From Planctomycetota bacterium (GTDB lineage Bacteria > Planctomycetota > MHYJ01 > JACPRB01), in assembly GCA_036383955.1 (NCBI GenBank), contig DASVNH010000224.1:1008-65007 (forward strand): a stretch of 64,000 nucleotides of DNA, given 5' to 3'. Under the pieces are notes generated by a model. It searched no databases and was not told the DNA's origin. It saw nothing but the letters and a program-made list of their open reading frames with translations. The translations under genes and the position numbers were made by a program. Below, one piece after another: positions 43,197-52,815 of the stretch (positions are counted from its first letter, which is position 1; the number at the start of each line of letters is the position of its first letter).

Positions 43197-43659
43197 CGAT
43201 GGACTCCGCCGGCTCGGCGAGCGTCAGCCGCAGGGCTTTCGCGGCGCCCCGGATTTCGCGCGTCCAAGCCTGACCCGTCCACGCTTCCAGGATCACCGGC
43301 TCGTCAAGCAGGGGCATGATCCGCCCGCCCTCCCGCCGCGAGAGCCCGCGGTCGGAAGCGATCCAGCGGATGTCGGAGCCCGCCCGCGCGCCCGTGGCGA
43401 ACGCGTCCGACGTGGTGGCCAGGGCGAGGACCGACGTCCCCGCAGGCGGCCGTTCCGCCGGCACGATCAGCCGCGTCCGGCCCCGCCAGTCTTGCGCGAT
43501 CAGTTCCGCAGCGCGCGACCGCCGCTCTTCCCTCCGCGCGTGCTCCCGGCTATCCTCGGCGGAGCGCGTCAGCCCCAGGGTCGCCGCCGACACCCCGAGC
43601 GTCAGGATCGCCGTGATTGCCACGGCCACCATGACCTCGATCAGCGTAAAGCCTTTCAT
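43183..43659 (-). CDS. T2SS minor pseudopilin (GspJ-like)
   Basis: MKGFTLIEVMVAVAITAIL prepilin-type N-terminus. The ATG at 43659 overlaps the upstream stop (ATGA). It is the last gene of the operon. Confidence 0.6.
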   Translation of the reverse strand: MKGFTLIEVMVAVAITAILTLGVSAATLGLTRSAEDSREHARREERRSRAAELIAQDWRGRTRLIVPAERPPAGTSVLALATTSDAFATGARAGSDIRWIASDRGLSRREGGRIMPLLDEPVILEAWTGQAWTREIRGAAKALRLTLAEPAESIVISR

Positions 43660-44012
43660 CGCGGCCCCGGCGGCCCGTGAAGCAGCTCCGAGCGCTCCAG
43701 AACCTTCGCTCCGCCCGGCCCGTATACCGCCAGAGTCACGCGCTTCAGCCGACTCAGGACGCCGGGCTCCGGCGACGTCCTCAGTTCCCAACGATGTCCG
43801 TCGAAGCCCGCCAGCGCGCCCTCGCGCTGAGCTTCGAGGCCGGACGTCCATTCGGCCAGCCTCGACTCCGCCGCGCGCTCGAGGCGAGCGTCGACCTCCG
43901 CCCCCGCGCTGCGCTTGAGGCTGCCCGCGACGGCCGCCGTCACGAGGACCAGCGAGCCCGCCGCGATGGCGAGCGCCACTAGGATCTCGAGGAGGGTGAA
44001 GCCTTTATTCAT
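43656..44012 (-). CDS. T2SS minor pseudopilin (GspI-like)
   Basis: MNKGFTLLEILVALAIAAG N-terminus, 118 aa. Confidence 0.65.
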   Translation of the reverse strand: MNKGFTLLEILVALAIAAGSLVLVTAAVAGSLKRSAGAEVDARLERAAESRLAEWTSGLEAQREGALAGFDGHRWELRTSPEPGVLSRLKRVTLAVYGPGGAKVLERSELLHGPPGPR

Positions 44013-44418
44013 ACTTCACTCCGCTTAGGAGGGCATCGACAACTACCGCGACGCGGTCGCCGCTCTTGTGGCGGAGCCCGATGGCGCGCGGGTCCGCTAC
44101 GCCCCGGCGGTCGAAGACGAGTTCTCCCGCTTCCTCGAACGTCTGCCCAAAGCCGAGGGTCCCGCCGGACACGCGTTCGTCGGCGGAGGAGGTCACGCTC
44201 CACGCGCGCTCCTTCCAGGCGACGCGGTAGGTCGTCTCGTCGAAGCGCGCGCGCTCGCGCCAGACGCCGAGGGCGCCGCCGAACGCGCGGGCGGAGGCGT
44301 TCAGGGACTGCCGGGGGGTCCAGCCGGACACGCGGAGGACGAGAAAGCCCGAGAGCACGACCACCACCGCCAGGACGACGGTGAGCTCGATCAGGGTGAA
44401 GCCCGCGCGGCGCTTCAT
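44005..44418 (-). CDS. T2SS minor pseudopilin (GspH-like)
   Basis: MKRRAGFTLIELTVVLAVVVVL N-terminus, 137 aa. ATGA overlap with gspG. Confidence 0.65.
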   Translation of the reverse strand: MKRRAGFTLIELTVVLAVVVVLSGFLVLRVSGWTPRQSLNASARAFGGALGVWRERARFDETTYRVAWKERAWSVTSSADERVSGGTLGFGQTFEEAGELVFDRRGVADPRAIGLRHKSGDRVAVVVDALLSGVKYE

Positions 44419-44813
44419 TCATTCGAGAGGTCGGCGTCGAGGCCGGCTCCCCCTTCTTTGCCGTCGGCGCCCAGCGACGTGAGCGTGAACTTGCGGCCCT
44501 GCGCCGCGTAGCGGAAGTCGTTGCCCCACGGATCCTTGGGCACGGCCTTGCCCTTCAGGTAGCCGCCTTCCTGCCAGTTCGCGACGCCGCTGGGCTTCTC
44601 GATCAGCTCCCGCAGCTCCTTCGGCATGCGGCCGGCGTGGGTGTAGAAGGAGACGATCGCCGACTCGATCTGCGCGATCTGCGACTTCGCCGCCGCGACC
44701 TTCGCTTCGTCGGTCTTGCCCGTGTAGCGCACGACGACGAGCGTCGCCAGGATCCCGATGATCGCAACCACGACGATCATCTCGAGGAGCGTAAAGCCGG
44801 CGACGCGTCTCAT
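44415..44813 (-). CDS. gspG: T2SS major pseudopilin GspG
   Basis: MRRVAGFTLLEMIVVVAIIGILA ... PKDPWGN.F.Y ... LGADG.EGG, 132 aa from ATG 44813. Confidence 0.9.
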   Translation of the reverse strand: MRRVAGFTLLEMIVVVAIIGILATLVVVRYTGKTDEAKVAAAKSQIAQIESAIVSFYTHAGRMPKELRELIEKPSGVANWQEGGYLKGKAVPKDPWGNDFRYAAQGRKFTLTSLGADGKEGGAGLDADLSNE

Positions 44814-44821
44814 GTCGTTCC

Positions 44822-46024
44822 CTACTGAAGGTTCGAAAAGTCCGTGATCGGCAGCAGGATCGCCGCCACGATGAAGCCCACCACCAGGCCGAGCAGCACG
44901 ATGATCACGGGGTTGAGCAGGTCCGTCAACCGCGTCGAGGCGACCTCCACCTCGTCGTCGTAGGTCTCGGCGACCTCGCGGAAGACTTCGGCGAGCTCGC
45001 CCGACTCCTCGCCGACGCCGGCGATGAGGCCCACGCTCGACGGCAGCACCCGGCTCCGCTTGAGCGCCTCCGAGAGCGAGGCCCCCTCGAGGACCTCCTT
45101 CTCGAGGCGCGCGACGTCCTCCTCCAGCGCCGCGTTGCCCGCCGCGCCGCGCACGACGGCCAGCGCCTGCGCCACCGGGATGCCGGAGCGCAGCAGCGTC
45201 GACATCGTCCCCGCCCAGCGGGCCGTCGCCTGCTTCCGGAGCAAGTTCCCGAGCACCGGCACGCGCAACAGCAGGCGGTCGCGGGTCTTGCGTCCCACGC
45301 TCTTCGCGCCGATCCATGCCGCGGCGGCGACCCCCGGCACGAGCCACCACCAGGACGTCGAGAGCGCCCCGCTCACGCTGAGCAAAACCTCCGTCGGCCA
45401 CGGCAGCGCGCGCTCCTGCTCGAGGAGGATGGCGGTGACCTTGGGGACGACGAACGTCAGCAGGAACACCAGCACGAGCGCCCCCACAGCGCACATGAGC
45501 GCGGGGTACGTCAGCGCGGAAACGACGCGGTCGCGGATCTTCTTCTGTTTCGTGTAGTAGACGCCGAGCTCGACGAGGACTTTCGCGAGCTCACCCGCCT
45601 GGATGCCGGCCCGCACGATGTGGACGAAGAGATCGGGAAACCAGCGCGGCTGGGCGGCGAGCGCGTCGGCGACGTCGACGCCCTCCCGCACCTTTGCGCG
45701 GACTTCCTCCAGGACGAGCCGGAAGCGCTCGTCCTCGACCTGGGGCCCGAGCGCGGCGAGCGCGTCCGCCATCGGCAGCCCCGTGCGCAGCAGGAGCGCC
45801 CAGTGTCGCGTCATGCGGGCGAGCAGGTCGAGCCGGTGCCCCGAGAGGCTCATCCACGAGGCGCCCCGCGCCCGCGGCTTGGCGGCGGCCTCGACTTCCT
45901 CCAGGTCCACGGGCAAGAGCCCACGCCCACGAAGCTGCGCCCGCGCGTCGGCCAGCGACGGCGCCTCCGCGGTGCCCGTGGCCGTCTTGCCGGCTTCGTC
46001 GATGGCTTCGTACTTGTAGATCAC
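44822..46024 (-). CDS. gspF: T2SS inner-membrane platform protein GspF
   Basis: 400 aa with a duplicated T2SSF domain pattern and three TM segments. Confidence 0.9.
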   Translation of the reverse strand: MIYKYEAIDEAGKTATGTAEAPSLADARAQLRGRGLLPVDLEEVEAAAKPRARGASWMSLSGHRLDLLARMTRHWALLLRTGLPMADALAALGPQVEDERFRLVLEEVRAKVREGVDVADALAAQPRWFPDLFVHIVRAGIQAGELAKVLVELGVYYTKQKKIRDRVVSALTYPALMCAVGALVLVFLLTFVVPKVTAILLEQERALPWPTEVLLSVSGALSTSWWWLVPGVAAAAWIGAKSVGRKTRDRLLLRVPVLGNLLRKQATARWAGTMSTLLRSGIPVAQALAVVRGAAGNAALEEDVARLEKEVLEGASLSEALKRSRVLPSSVGLIAGVGEESGELAEVFREVAETYDDEVEVASTRLTDLLNPVIIVLLGLVVGFIVAAILLPITDFSNLQ

Positions 46025-47595
46025 TCGAGATCCATCTGGGTCACGGCCCAGACCTCCTCGAGCGTGGTCACTCCCTGGGCCACCTTGCGCAGGCCGTCCT
46101 TGCGCAGGGTGACGAAGCCCTTGGCGAGGGCGGCGCGCTTGAGATCGGCGACCGATTCGCGGCGGACGACGCGCTCTCGCAGCTCCTCGGTGACGACGAG
46201 CAGCTCGAAGAGGGCGGCACGGCCCCAGAAGCCCGTCTTGAAGCAGGCGTCGCAGCCGCGGCCGCGAGCTGTTTCACGGCAGCCGAGGGACTCGAGGTAC
46301 GCGACGTCCTCGTCCGACCAGCCGCGCACGCGCATGGCGGCTGGATCGATGGGCGAAATCTCCTTGCAGGACTCGCAGACCCGGCGCGCGAGGCGCTGGG
46401 CGAGGATCGCGTTCACCGAACTCGCGACGAGATAGGGCTCCACGCCAAGGTCGAGCAGGCGAGTGACCGACGAGGGCGCGTCGTTCGTGTGCAGCGTCGA
46501 AAAGACGAGGTGGCCCGTCAGCGAGGACTGGATCGCGATCGTCGCGGTCTCCAGGTCGCGGATTTCGCCGACCATGAGGATGTCGGGGTCCTGCCGGACG
46601 ATCGAGCGCAGGCCCTTGGCAAACGTCATCCCCTTCTTCGAAGAGACCTGCGTCTGCGTCACGCCGGGCAGCTGGTACTCGATCGGGTCCTCAAGCGTGA
46701 GGATGTTGAGCTCCGCCGAGTTGAGCGTCGTCAGCATCGCGTAGAGGGTCGTCGTCTTGCCGCTGCCCGTGGGGCCCGTCACCAGCACGATGCCGTGCAG
46801 CAACTCCAGGACCCGCTTGATTCGGCCCAAGTCGTCGGGCGCGAAGCCCAGGCCGTCGAGCGACATCAGCCCCGACGTCTTGTCTAGCAGTCGCAGCACC
46901 ACGCGCTCGCCGTGCTGGCAGGGCAGCGTCGCCGCGCGCAGGTCCACCCGGCGCTCGCCCACCCTGATCGTCACGCCGCCGTCCTGCGGCAGGCGCCGCT
47001 CGGCGATGTCCATTCGCGCCATCACCTTCACGCGGCTCACCACGCCGTCGAGCGCCTCTCGACGCAGCAGCGCTCGGTCGTAGAGGACGCCGTCGATGCG
47101 GAAGCGCACACGCAGGCCGTCCTCGCCCGGCTCGAGGTGGATGTCGCTCGCCCGCTGCCGGATCGCCTGCAGGATCGTCGCGTGCACCAGCTTGACCGCT
47201 GGGGCCTTGTCGTCGAGGTCGAGGACGTCCTCCGCCAGCACGACCTCGGGCGCGTCATCGTCGGGCGCGATTTCCTTAGCGAGCTGGTCGACCTCCTTCG
47301 CGTGGCCGTGGTAGGCCCGCGCGAGGAGGGCCTGGATCTCCGTCTCGGGCGCGGACACGAGGCGGCACTCGCGGTCGAGCAGGTAGGCGATCTGGTCGGC
47401 GGCGGCCCAGCGCTCGATCTTCCCGAGGGCGAGGCGCTGCTTGCCGTCCTCGCCCGGCCCGATCGCGACGACGGCGTGCTCGCGCGCCATCTTGAGCGGG
47501 ACCTTGTCCAGGAACTCCCGCGGCACGGTCGCGCCGGCGAGATCGACGGCCGGCAAGCCCGCCCGGAGCGACGGCGGCAGGGTTAACGGGTTCAT
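46021..47595 (-). CDS. gspE: T2SS ATPase GspE
   Basis: The C-terminal 524 aa of track ORF 46021..49653: Walker A GPTGSGKTTT, Asp box, Walker B ILMVGEIRD, His box TGHLVFSTLHTN, and a tetracysteine motif CESC...CDAC. The ATG at 47595 overlaps the gspD stop (ATGA). Confidence 0.93.
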   Translation of the reverse strand: MNPLTLPPSLRAGLPAVDLAGATVPREFLDKVPLKMAREHAVVAIGPGEDGKQRLALGKIERWAAADQIAYLLDRECRLVSAPETEIQALLARAYHGHAKEVDQLAKEIAPDDDAPEVVLAEDVLDLDDKAPAVKLVHATILQAIRQRASDIHLEPGEDGLRVRFRIDGVLYDRALLRREALDGVVSRVKVMARMDIAERRLPQDGGVTIRVGERRVDLRAATLPCQHGERVVLRLLDKTSGLMSLDGLGFAPDDLGRIKRVLELLHGIVLVTGPTGSGKTTTLYAMLTTLNSAELNILTLEDPIEYQLPGVTQTQVSSKKGMTFAKGLRSIVRQDPDILMVGEIRDLETATIAIQSSLTGHLVFSTLHTNDAPSSVTRLLDLGVEPYLVASSVNAILAQRLARRVCESCKEISPIDPAAMRVRGWSDEDVAYLESLGCRETARGRGCDACFKTGFWGRAALFELLVVTEELRERVVRRESVADLKRAALAKGFVTLRKDGLRKVAQGVTTLEEVWAVTQMDLE

Positions 47596-49664
47596 TTGGG
47601 GAGCGGCGCCTCGCGGACCGAGGGATCCTTGGGACGGCCGCCCTCGACCTCCAGCCGCATCGCCGGATCCCGCATCATCTGATTCGCGCCACCGGCCTTC
47701 TCGCGCGAGACACTCTTGAGGTCGTCGAAGCCCTCGGCCGAGAGGATGCGCGGCCGCACGAAGAGATAGAGGCGGCTTTTGGTGCGGCGGGCGGACGTCG
47801 AGCCCGCCAGCCAGCCGACCAGCGGGATGTCCATGAGCACCGGGATGCCCGTTCGGGTGTCGGTGACCGAGTCGCGGGTGAAGCCGCCGAGGATGGCGGT
47901 GTGGCGGTCGGGCACGGTAATGAGGGTCTGCACGTTGTTGGAGACCTTGGCGGGCGGCACGCCGGCGGCCTGCGACTCGCCACTGAACTCCTCGAAGCTC
48001 TGGGTGATCCGGAGATTCAGGTAGCCGTCGGGCGAGAGCGTGGGAGTGATCGAGAGCTCGGTGACGGCCTCCGCGAAGCCGGCGAAGGAGGTCACGTTGC
48101 CGACGGTGCCCTGGGAAGTCGCGATTGTCGGCTCGCTGACTTTGGTGGTGAAGGTCGCGGGTTCGTTGTCGTTCACGAGAAGCAGCGGCTGGGAGAGGAT
48201 GTTGACGCCCGCCTTGGTGGAAACCAGCCGGATGAGCGCGCTGATGTCGTCGGGCTTCACGTAGCGGAAGGCTCCGCCTTTGAAGCTGCTGAGGTTGGCC
48301 GTCGTGGGAAAGCCGACGCCACCCGGGTCGGCCTGGGTCGCTCCGCCCGCGATGCCGGCGTTCACCTGGGCGCCGTCCTTCCGGGTGTCCTGGAACAGGA
48401 CGTCGATGCCCGTCTCGAGTGAATCGTCGCCCGTGACCTGCAGGATGGCGACCTCGATGAGCACCTGGCCCTTGCGCTTGTCGAGGTTCTCCAGGATCTT
48501 CTTCACCTCCTCGTGCACCGCGGCGTTCGCGATGACCACGAGCGTGTTCTGGCTTTCGAGCGCGACGACCTCGATGTCGCCGCCGGACGCGGGCGCGACG
48601 GCCTTCTTCTCCGCCGACGGCGCGGGCGGCTCCTGCGGCTCTTCCACGATCGGACGTCCGGCAGGGGCCGGCGGCGTCACCGTAGGCGGCATGACCGGGC
48701 CGCCCGCGAGATCGCGCCGGGGCGCGCCGGAGAGTCCGGCGGGTTTTTTCGACGTCCCCCGCTTCCCGCCCTCGCCCGTCGGCTGAAGGCCGAGGAACTG
48801 GCGGACGCTGTCGGCGATCTCTCCCACCGCCACGTTCTTGAGCTTGTAGTAGCCGATCGTCCGCTGCACGGACGGAAGCTGGCGGTCGATTTGGGTGAGA
48901 TACTCCAGCACGCGCTTGACTTCGACGTCCCGGCCGATCAGGGTCAGCTGGTTGAGCCGTTCGTCGGCGAGCGCCTCGATGCGGGCGCGGCCCACCTCGC
49001 CGGTCTGGATCTTCTCGAGGGCCTGAACGAACTCGCCGACCTGCGTCTTCGCCTGCGAAGCCGCGAGACTCTGGAGGAGCACCGAGGTCACGACGATGGG
49101 CTCGCCGGGCACGTCGACAAGGCCCAGGAGCTTTTCCGCGCGCTGGACGGCCGTCGACGCGTCGATGAGGAGCAGCAAGTCGGAGTTTGGCACGGGCACC
49201 ATCAGGCCGGCGGGAGAAAGCGCGGGCTGGACGACGGCCGCCGCGCGCTGGCCGCTGACGTGCTTGGGGGTGAGGACGTAAAAGATCACGCCTTCGCCCT
49301 GGGGAAGCTTTTCGCCTCGCGCGAGGACGGGCTGGGCGCCGGGTTCCTTGGCGGCCTGCGGGGCGGGCACGATCTTGACGAGGTTGATGTTCTCCTCCGG
49401 GGCGGGCACAAGCGCGAAGCCGTGCAGCAGCGCGACAGACTGAAAGACGCGGTAGAACTCGTCGGGCGTGATGGGCTTCTCGGATCGCAGGGTGACTTTC
49501 TTGCCCTTGAGCAGGGCTTCCTGGAACACGAACGACTTCTTCGTGACCCGCTCGACCTGCTGCGCGAGCGCTTCGAGCTCGATCTCCTCGAACTCGACTT
49601 TGACCTTGTCGTCCTGAACCGGCGGAACCGCCAGCAGAACGAAGAGACTCCATCCCAGCTTCAC
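47592..49664 (-). CDS. gspD: T2SS outer-membrane secretin GspD
   Basis: 690 aa with an N0-like start (VEFEEIELEALAQQVERVTKKSFVF) and a C-terminal secretin block (GIPVLMDIPLVGWL...LYLFVRPRI). Confidence 0.9.
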   Translation of the reverse strand: MKLGWSLFVLLAVPPVQDDKVKVEFEEIELEALAQQVERVTKKSFVFQEALLKGKKVTLRSEKPITPDEFYRVFQSVALLHGFALVPAPEENINLVKIVPAPQAAKEPGAQPVLARGEKLPQGEGVIFYVLTPKHVSGQRAAAVVQPALSPAGLMVPVPNSDLLLLIDASTAVQRAEKLLGLVDVPGEPIVVTSVLLQSLAASQAKTQVGEFVQALEKIQTGEVGRARIEALADERLNQLTLIGRDVEVKRVLEYLTQIDRQLPSVQRTIGYYKLKNVAVGEIADSVRQFLGLQPTGEGGKRGTSKKPAGLSGAPRRDLAGGPVMPPTVTPPAPAGRPIVEEPQEPPAPSAEKKAVAPASGGDIEVVALESQNTLVVIANAAVHEEVKKILENLDKRKGQVLIEVAILQVTGDDSLETGIDVLFQDTRKDGAQVNAGIAGGATQADPGGVGFPTTANLSSFKGGAFRYVKPDDISALIRLVSTKAGVNILSQPLLLVNDNEPATFTTKVSEPTIATSQGTVGNVTSFAGFAEAVTELSITPTLSPDGYLNLRITQSFEEFSGESQAAGVPPAKVSNNVQTLITVPDRHTAILGGFTRDSVTDTRTGIPVLMDIPLVGWLAGSTSARRTKSRLYLFVRPRILSAEGFDDLKSVSREKAGGANQMMRDPAMRLEVEGGRPKDPSVREAPLPK

Positions 49665-49692
49665 GACCCTTCCTCCCTGTTCGATCGAACGG

Positions 49693-50211
49693 CTATCGGT
49701 TGTCGCCCACAGTGGCGGGGAGTTCCTGAGCTCCCTTGTACGTCAGTTTCCATCGGCGGCGTTCGTACTCCACGACCACCGTCTCCCCCACCTCCCGGAG
49801 AACGGCGCCCGTGCCTCCGATCTTGTCGCCGGCCTGGAACGACATCGTCTTCCGCTCCGCGGGCAACTCGAATACGGCGACCGCCGGCTTTGACGCGCCA
49901 TAATCCAAGATCCCCTTGAGTCGGATGAGGGAGTCGATCGGCGCCGGACCGGCCGCGGCCTTTGACGCTTCACGGGGGAGCTCGGCGATGCCCTTTGACA
50001 TCCTCCTGCCGGCCAAGGCTTCGACGGTCGGATTCACGCGGTAACCGGCCCCGACCGGCGTGAGCACGAGGTCGGTCGGCACGCTCGGCAGCGGGTGCCG
50101 AGGTCGACTCGAGAACAGCGCCCAGGCGAGCAGCCCGAGCCCCGCGATGCCGAGCACGGCGAACGAGGCCCAAAGGGTCCGCACGAGACGGTGCTCGCCT
50201 CGGTGGGTCAC
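49693..50211 (-). CDS. GspC-like protein (TM anchor + HR/PilP-like domain)
   Basis: 172 aa with TM WASFAVLGIAGLGLLAWALF and a C-terminal LRLKGILDYG...AVFEL...FQAGDKIGGTGAVLREVGETVVVEY, typical of the secretin-binding HR domain. Confidence 0.5.
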   Translation of the reverse strand: MTHRGEHRLVRTLWASFAVLGIAGLGLLAWALFSSRPRHPLPSVPTDLVLTPVGAGYRVNPTVEALAGRRMSKGIAELPREASKAAAGPAPIDSLIRLKGILDYGASKPAVAVFELPAERKTMSFQAGDKIGGTGAVLREVGETVVVEYERRRWKLTYKGAQELPATVGDNR

Positions 50212-51128
50212 GGAACGATCTCCTCGACAGCCAGGCGCGTGGTGTCGGGCTTGAGGAAAACCCAGGTGTCACGGCTCCGGCCGCGCACATCGCAGGTCAC
50301 CCGGGCCGAGAACGCGGAGGACGTCACGGACAGGAACCCCTGAACCCGTTCGAACAGATTCCGGACGACGCGGAACTCGCCGTTCTCGAAGGTCCGAATC
50401 ACGATTCCGTCGATCAGCATGAGATCCTTGGGCTCCTCGAAGGCTTTGTAGGATCCTTTCTCGCCTTCCCCCTTCCCACGGAAAGCCGCGACGCGTTCGA
50501 CTACGGCTTCGTCGAACCCCTCGTCGAGAGCGAAGATCACGGCCCGTGGAGCGGTGTTGAGGTTGAGGCGGCCATCGCCGAAGCAGGTGACCCAGCGGTG
50601 CAGACCCTGGATTCCGAAGACGTCCTCCGTCGAGAGCCCGGACTCGCGAAGGCCATCGAGGGTCACGAGAGGCTCGTGCGCGGCCAGCCGCTTGAGCAGT
50701 TTCTCCTCGATCTCTTTCAACGCGCGGAGACGCTGTGGTTCGCGGCGTTTGAGGTACTCCAAGAGACGGACAGCTCGCGCGCGGACGGTGCCGCGTTCCT
50801 CGGGCTTTCTCCAGGCCAGCGCGAGGTTGATCTTTCCGCTCTCGTCGGCAAGGACGACCTCGGCGCGCTCGTCGTCGGCGAGGCGGAAATTGGTAGCCCG
50901 GTTCCAAGTGTCTCCCCAGAACACGAACTCGCGGGGCTCCCTCTCGAGGAGGAGACCGCGGGCAACTTCGGCGCCCGAATCGGCGAGCCGGCGAAAGGCG
51001 GCGTCGCGCGCGGCGCGGCCGGTCCTGAGGGTGTCGGCGCTCGCTCGGCTCGCGAGTTCCACCGCTAGGACGGTGAGGATGGAAACGGCTCCCAACACGA
51101 GGACCAGGGCGGCTCCGCGGCGCTTCAC
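50208..51128 (-). CDS. gspK: T2SS minor pseudopilin GspK
   Basis: 306 aa with GAALVLVLGAVSILTVLA, DESGKINL and GRLNLNTAPRAVIFAL, the hallmark GspK blocks. Confidence 0.75.
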   Translation of the reverse strand: MKRRGAALVLVLGAVSILTVLAVELASRASADTLRTGRAARDAAFRRLADSGAEVARGLLLEREPREFVFWGDTWNRATNFRLADDERAEVVLADESGKINLALAWRKPEERGTVRARAVRLLEYLKRREPQRLRALKEIEEKLLKRLAAHEPLVTLDGLRESGLSTEDVFGIQGLHRWVTCFGDGRLNLNTAPRAVIFALDEGFDEAVVERVAAFRGKGEGEKGSYKAFEEPKDLMLIDGIVIRTFENGEFRVVRNLFERVQGFLSVTSSAFSARVTCDVRGRSRDTWVFLKPDTTRLAVEEIVP

Positions 51129-51613
51129 GGCTTCAGCATCGTCGTCACGCGCGCGACGACGACCTCCGCTTCTTCATAGTGATCCGCCCGGGTGGTCGAG
51201 GGCCGGACGTGGATTTCCTTGATCTTGGCGCCGCCACCCTGGGCTTCCAGGTCGCCGAGGAAGCGGACCAGGCTGCCGTGGGCCGGGTGGACGAGGCGAA
51301 CGATGACTTGGCGTTCCTGACGGCCGCGCTCGGCCTCGCGTTCGCTTTCGGAAAGGAAGCCGATGGAGAGGCCGCGTTGGGTGGCCATGTCTTGCGCGAG
51401 CGCCTTGAGAGCGGATTCCCCCGGCGCCAAGCCGGCCGCCCCGAAGGCGCCTGGATGCTTCGCCGCTAGTTTGAGCGCTTCGGCGAGCTCGGTGACGGCC
51501 GCCGAGCGAGCTGCCCGGGTGGTCGAGTGCGCGAGCCCACGCTCGATCGCGAAGCCGGCACCCGCCACGAGCAGAAGGCAGGACGTCGAAAGGTAGACGG
51601 CCGTCTTCCTCAC
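51125..51613 (-). CDS. GspM/PilO-like bitopic protein
   Basis: 162 aa with a single N-terminal TM, and its position between the L-like and K genes. Assigned by architecture and context only. Confidence 0.4.
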   Translation of the reverse strand: MRKTAVYLSTSCLLLVAGAGFAIERGLAHSTTRAARSAAVTELAEALKLAAKHPGAFGAAGLAPGESALKALAQDMATQRGLSIGFLSESEREAERGRQERQVIVRLVHPAHGSLVRFLGDLEAQGGGAKIKEIHVRPSTTRADHYEEAEVVVARVTTMLKP

Positions 51614-52581
51614 GGCTTGAACTCCATGCGGAGCCGCACCTGGACTTGGCCGTCGCGAACCTCATAGTCGCCCCGGGCGCGGAGCTTGTCGGACTGGTTG
51701 AGGTGTCCTTCGAGGGCGGCGGCGTTCTTGAGGGGATCCTCCTTGCCGGCCGGCACGCGGGCGCTTAGCCGTCCGCCTTCCGGCGATAGATCCAGAGACT
51801 CGACGCTCAGGCCGAGCGGTTCGGGATCGGGCAAGTGCTTCCCGATCTCGCCCCAGAAGGCGAGCGCGCTGGGCCCGCTTTCTTCGCCGCCTTCTCCAAG
51901 GCGCGCCTGCAGGGCCCTGGGCAGGCCCGACTCCTTCGGAGGATCGGCGGGCAGCAAGCGCGTCCACAAGTCCAACGTCGCCCGCCTCGTTATCTCCAGG
52001 TCTGCCTCTTCGCGGGCCGTCTCGCGATGGAACCAGACGCCCAGAGCACTCAGCACCAGCGTCGCGGCGGCGGCTACGTTCAGGATGGGCTCGCGTAGCC
52101 TTTCCAGCAGCGCCCTCGTGGCACCCACCATCTTCGACGCCGAATTGGGGACTTGGTCAGGGTCGCACACGGCCACCGCGAACGCCGCAGCGTATTGAAT
52201 CGGAATCGGTCGACCATTCCAGTCCAGCGCCCCTTCGTCGTCAGGGCCATCCGCCGGATACGAGCGTCCCCGCGGAGCGCCCGAGGCGTCGCGCCAAACC
52301 TCGTAGTGTTCCCCGGCCGCGGTAAAGGCACATTCGCCGAAGACATTCGCCAATGCCGCGGTCGAGGAGGTCAGGCAACGTAGTGGAAGCGATCCGATCA
52401 ATTTCATCGGGGCGACGGTCTCGGGAAACGCGGAACTGATCGCGACCGAAATGGGGGCCCCGGACTCCGGGATCGGGGTTCCGGGGGTGAGGATGTCGAA
52501 AGTCGGCGATCCCGAGACGTCGACGATCGCCCGTGAAACGGTCTTCCTTCCGACCGAGACGCCGACCCGGATGGAGCTCAC
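51610..52581 (-). CDS. GspL/PilM-N-like assembly protein
   Basis: GTG 52581 follows AGGAG. VSSIRVGVSVGRKT resembles the actin-like N-terminus. It has a central TM (LNVAAAATLVLSALGVWF) and a periplasmic C-terminus. First gene of the operon. Assigned by architecture and context. Confidence 0.4.
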   Translation of the reverse strand: MSSIRVGVSVGRKTVSRAIVDVSGSPTFDILTPGTPIPESGAPISVAISSAFPETVAPMKLIGSLPLRCLTSSTAALANVFGECAFTAAGEHYEVWRDASGAPRGRSYPADGPDDEGALDWNGRPIPIQYAAAFAVAVCDPDQVPNSASKMVGATRALLERLREPILNVAAAATLVLSALGVWFHRETAREEADLEITRRATLDLWTRLLPADPPKESGLPRALQARLGEGGEESGPSALAFWGEIGKHLPDPEPLGLSVESLDLSPEGGRLSARVPAGKEDPLKNAAALEGHLNQSDKLRARGDYEVRDGQVQVRLRMEFKP

Positions 52582-52815
52582 GGACTGTCTCCTGGTTTCA
52601 ACAAAGTCCGACAATCCCCCGGGAGGCCGATTGTAGCGGGTGTAAACCACGAATCCACATCGAATCGTAGAACCCCTCGGACTCTGCACCTCAAGGGCGA
52701 AACGGCATCGTCACTGGATTCCTTCGGATCGCGGTTGCCGCGCTGGGTCGGGGCACGGACATGACCGAGGCAGAAGATCCGCCAGGAGTCCTGCTTTAGC
52801 CGGGGGCACAAAGTT

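Noticed and set aside
46021-49653. 1210-aa ORF spanning gspE and the antisense frame of gspD.
   Set aside because: The GspE signature begins at MNPLTLPP (ATG 47595). The upstream 686 aa are Arg/Gly-rich off-frame sequence overlapping the secretin gene.
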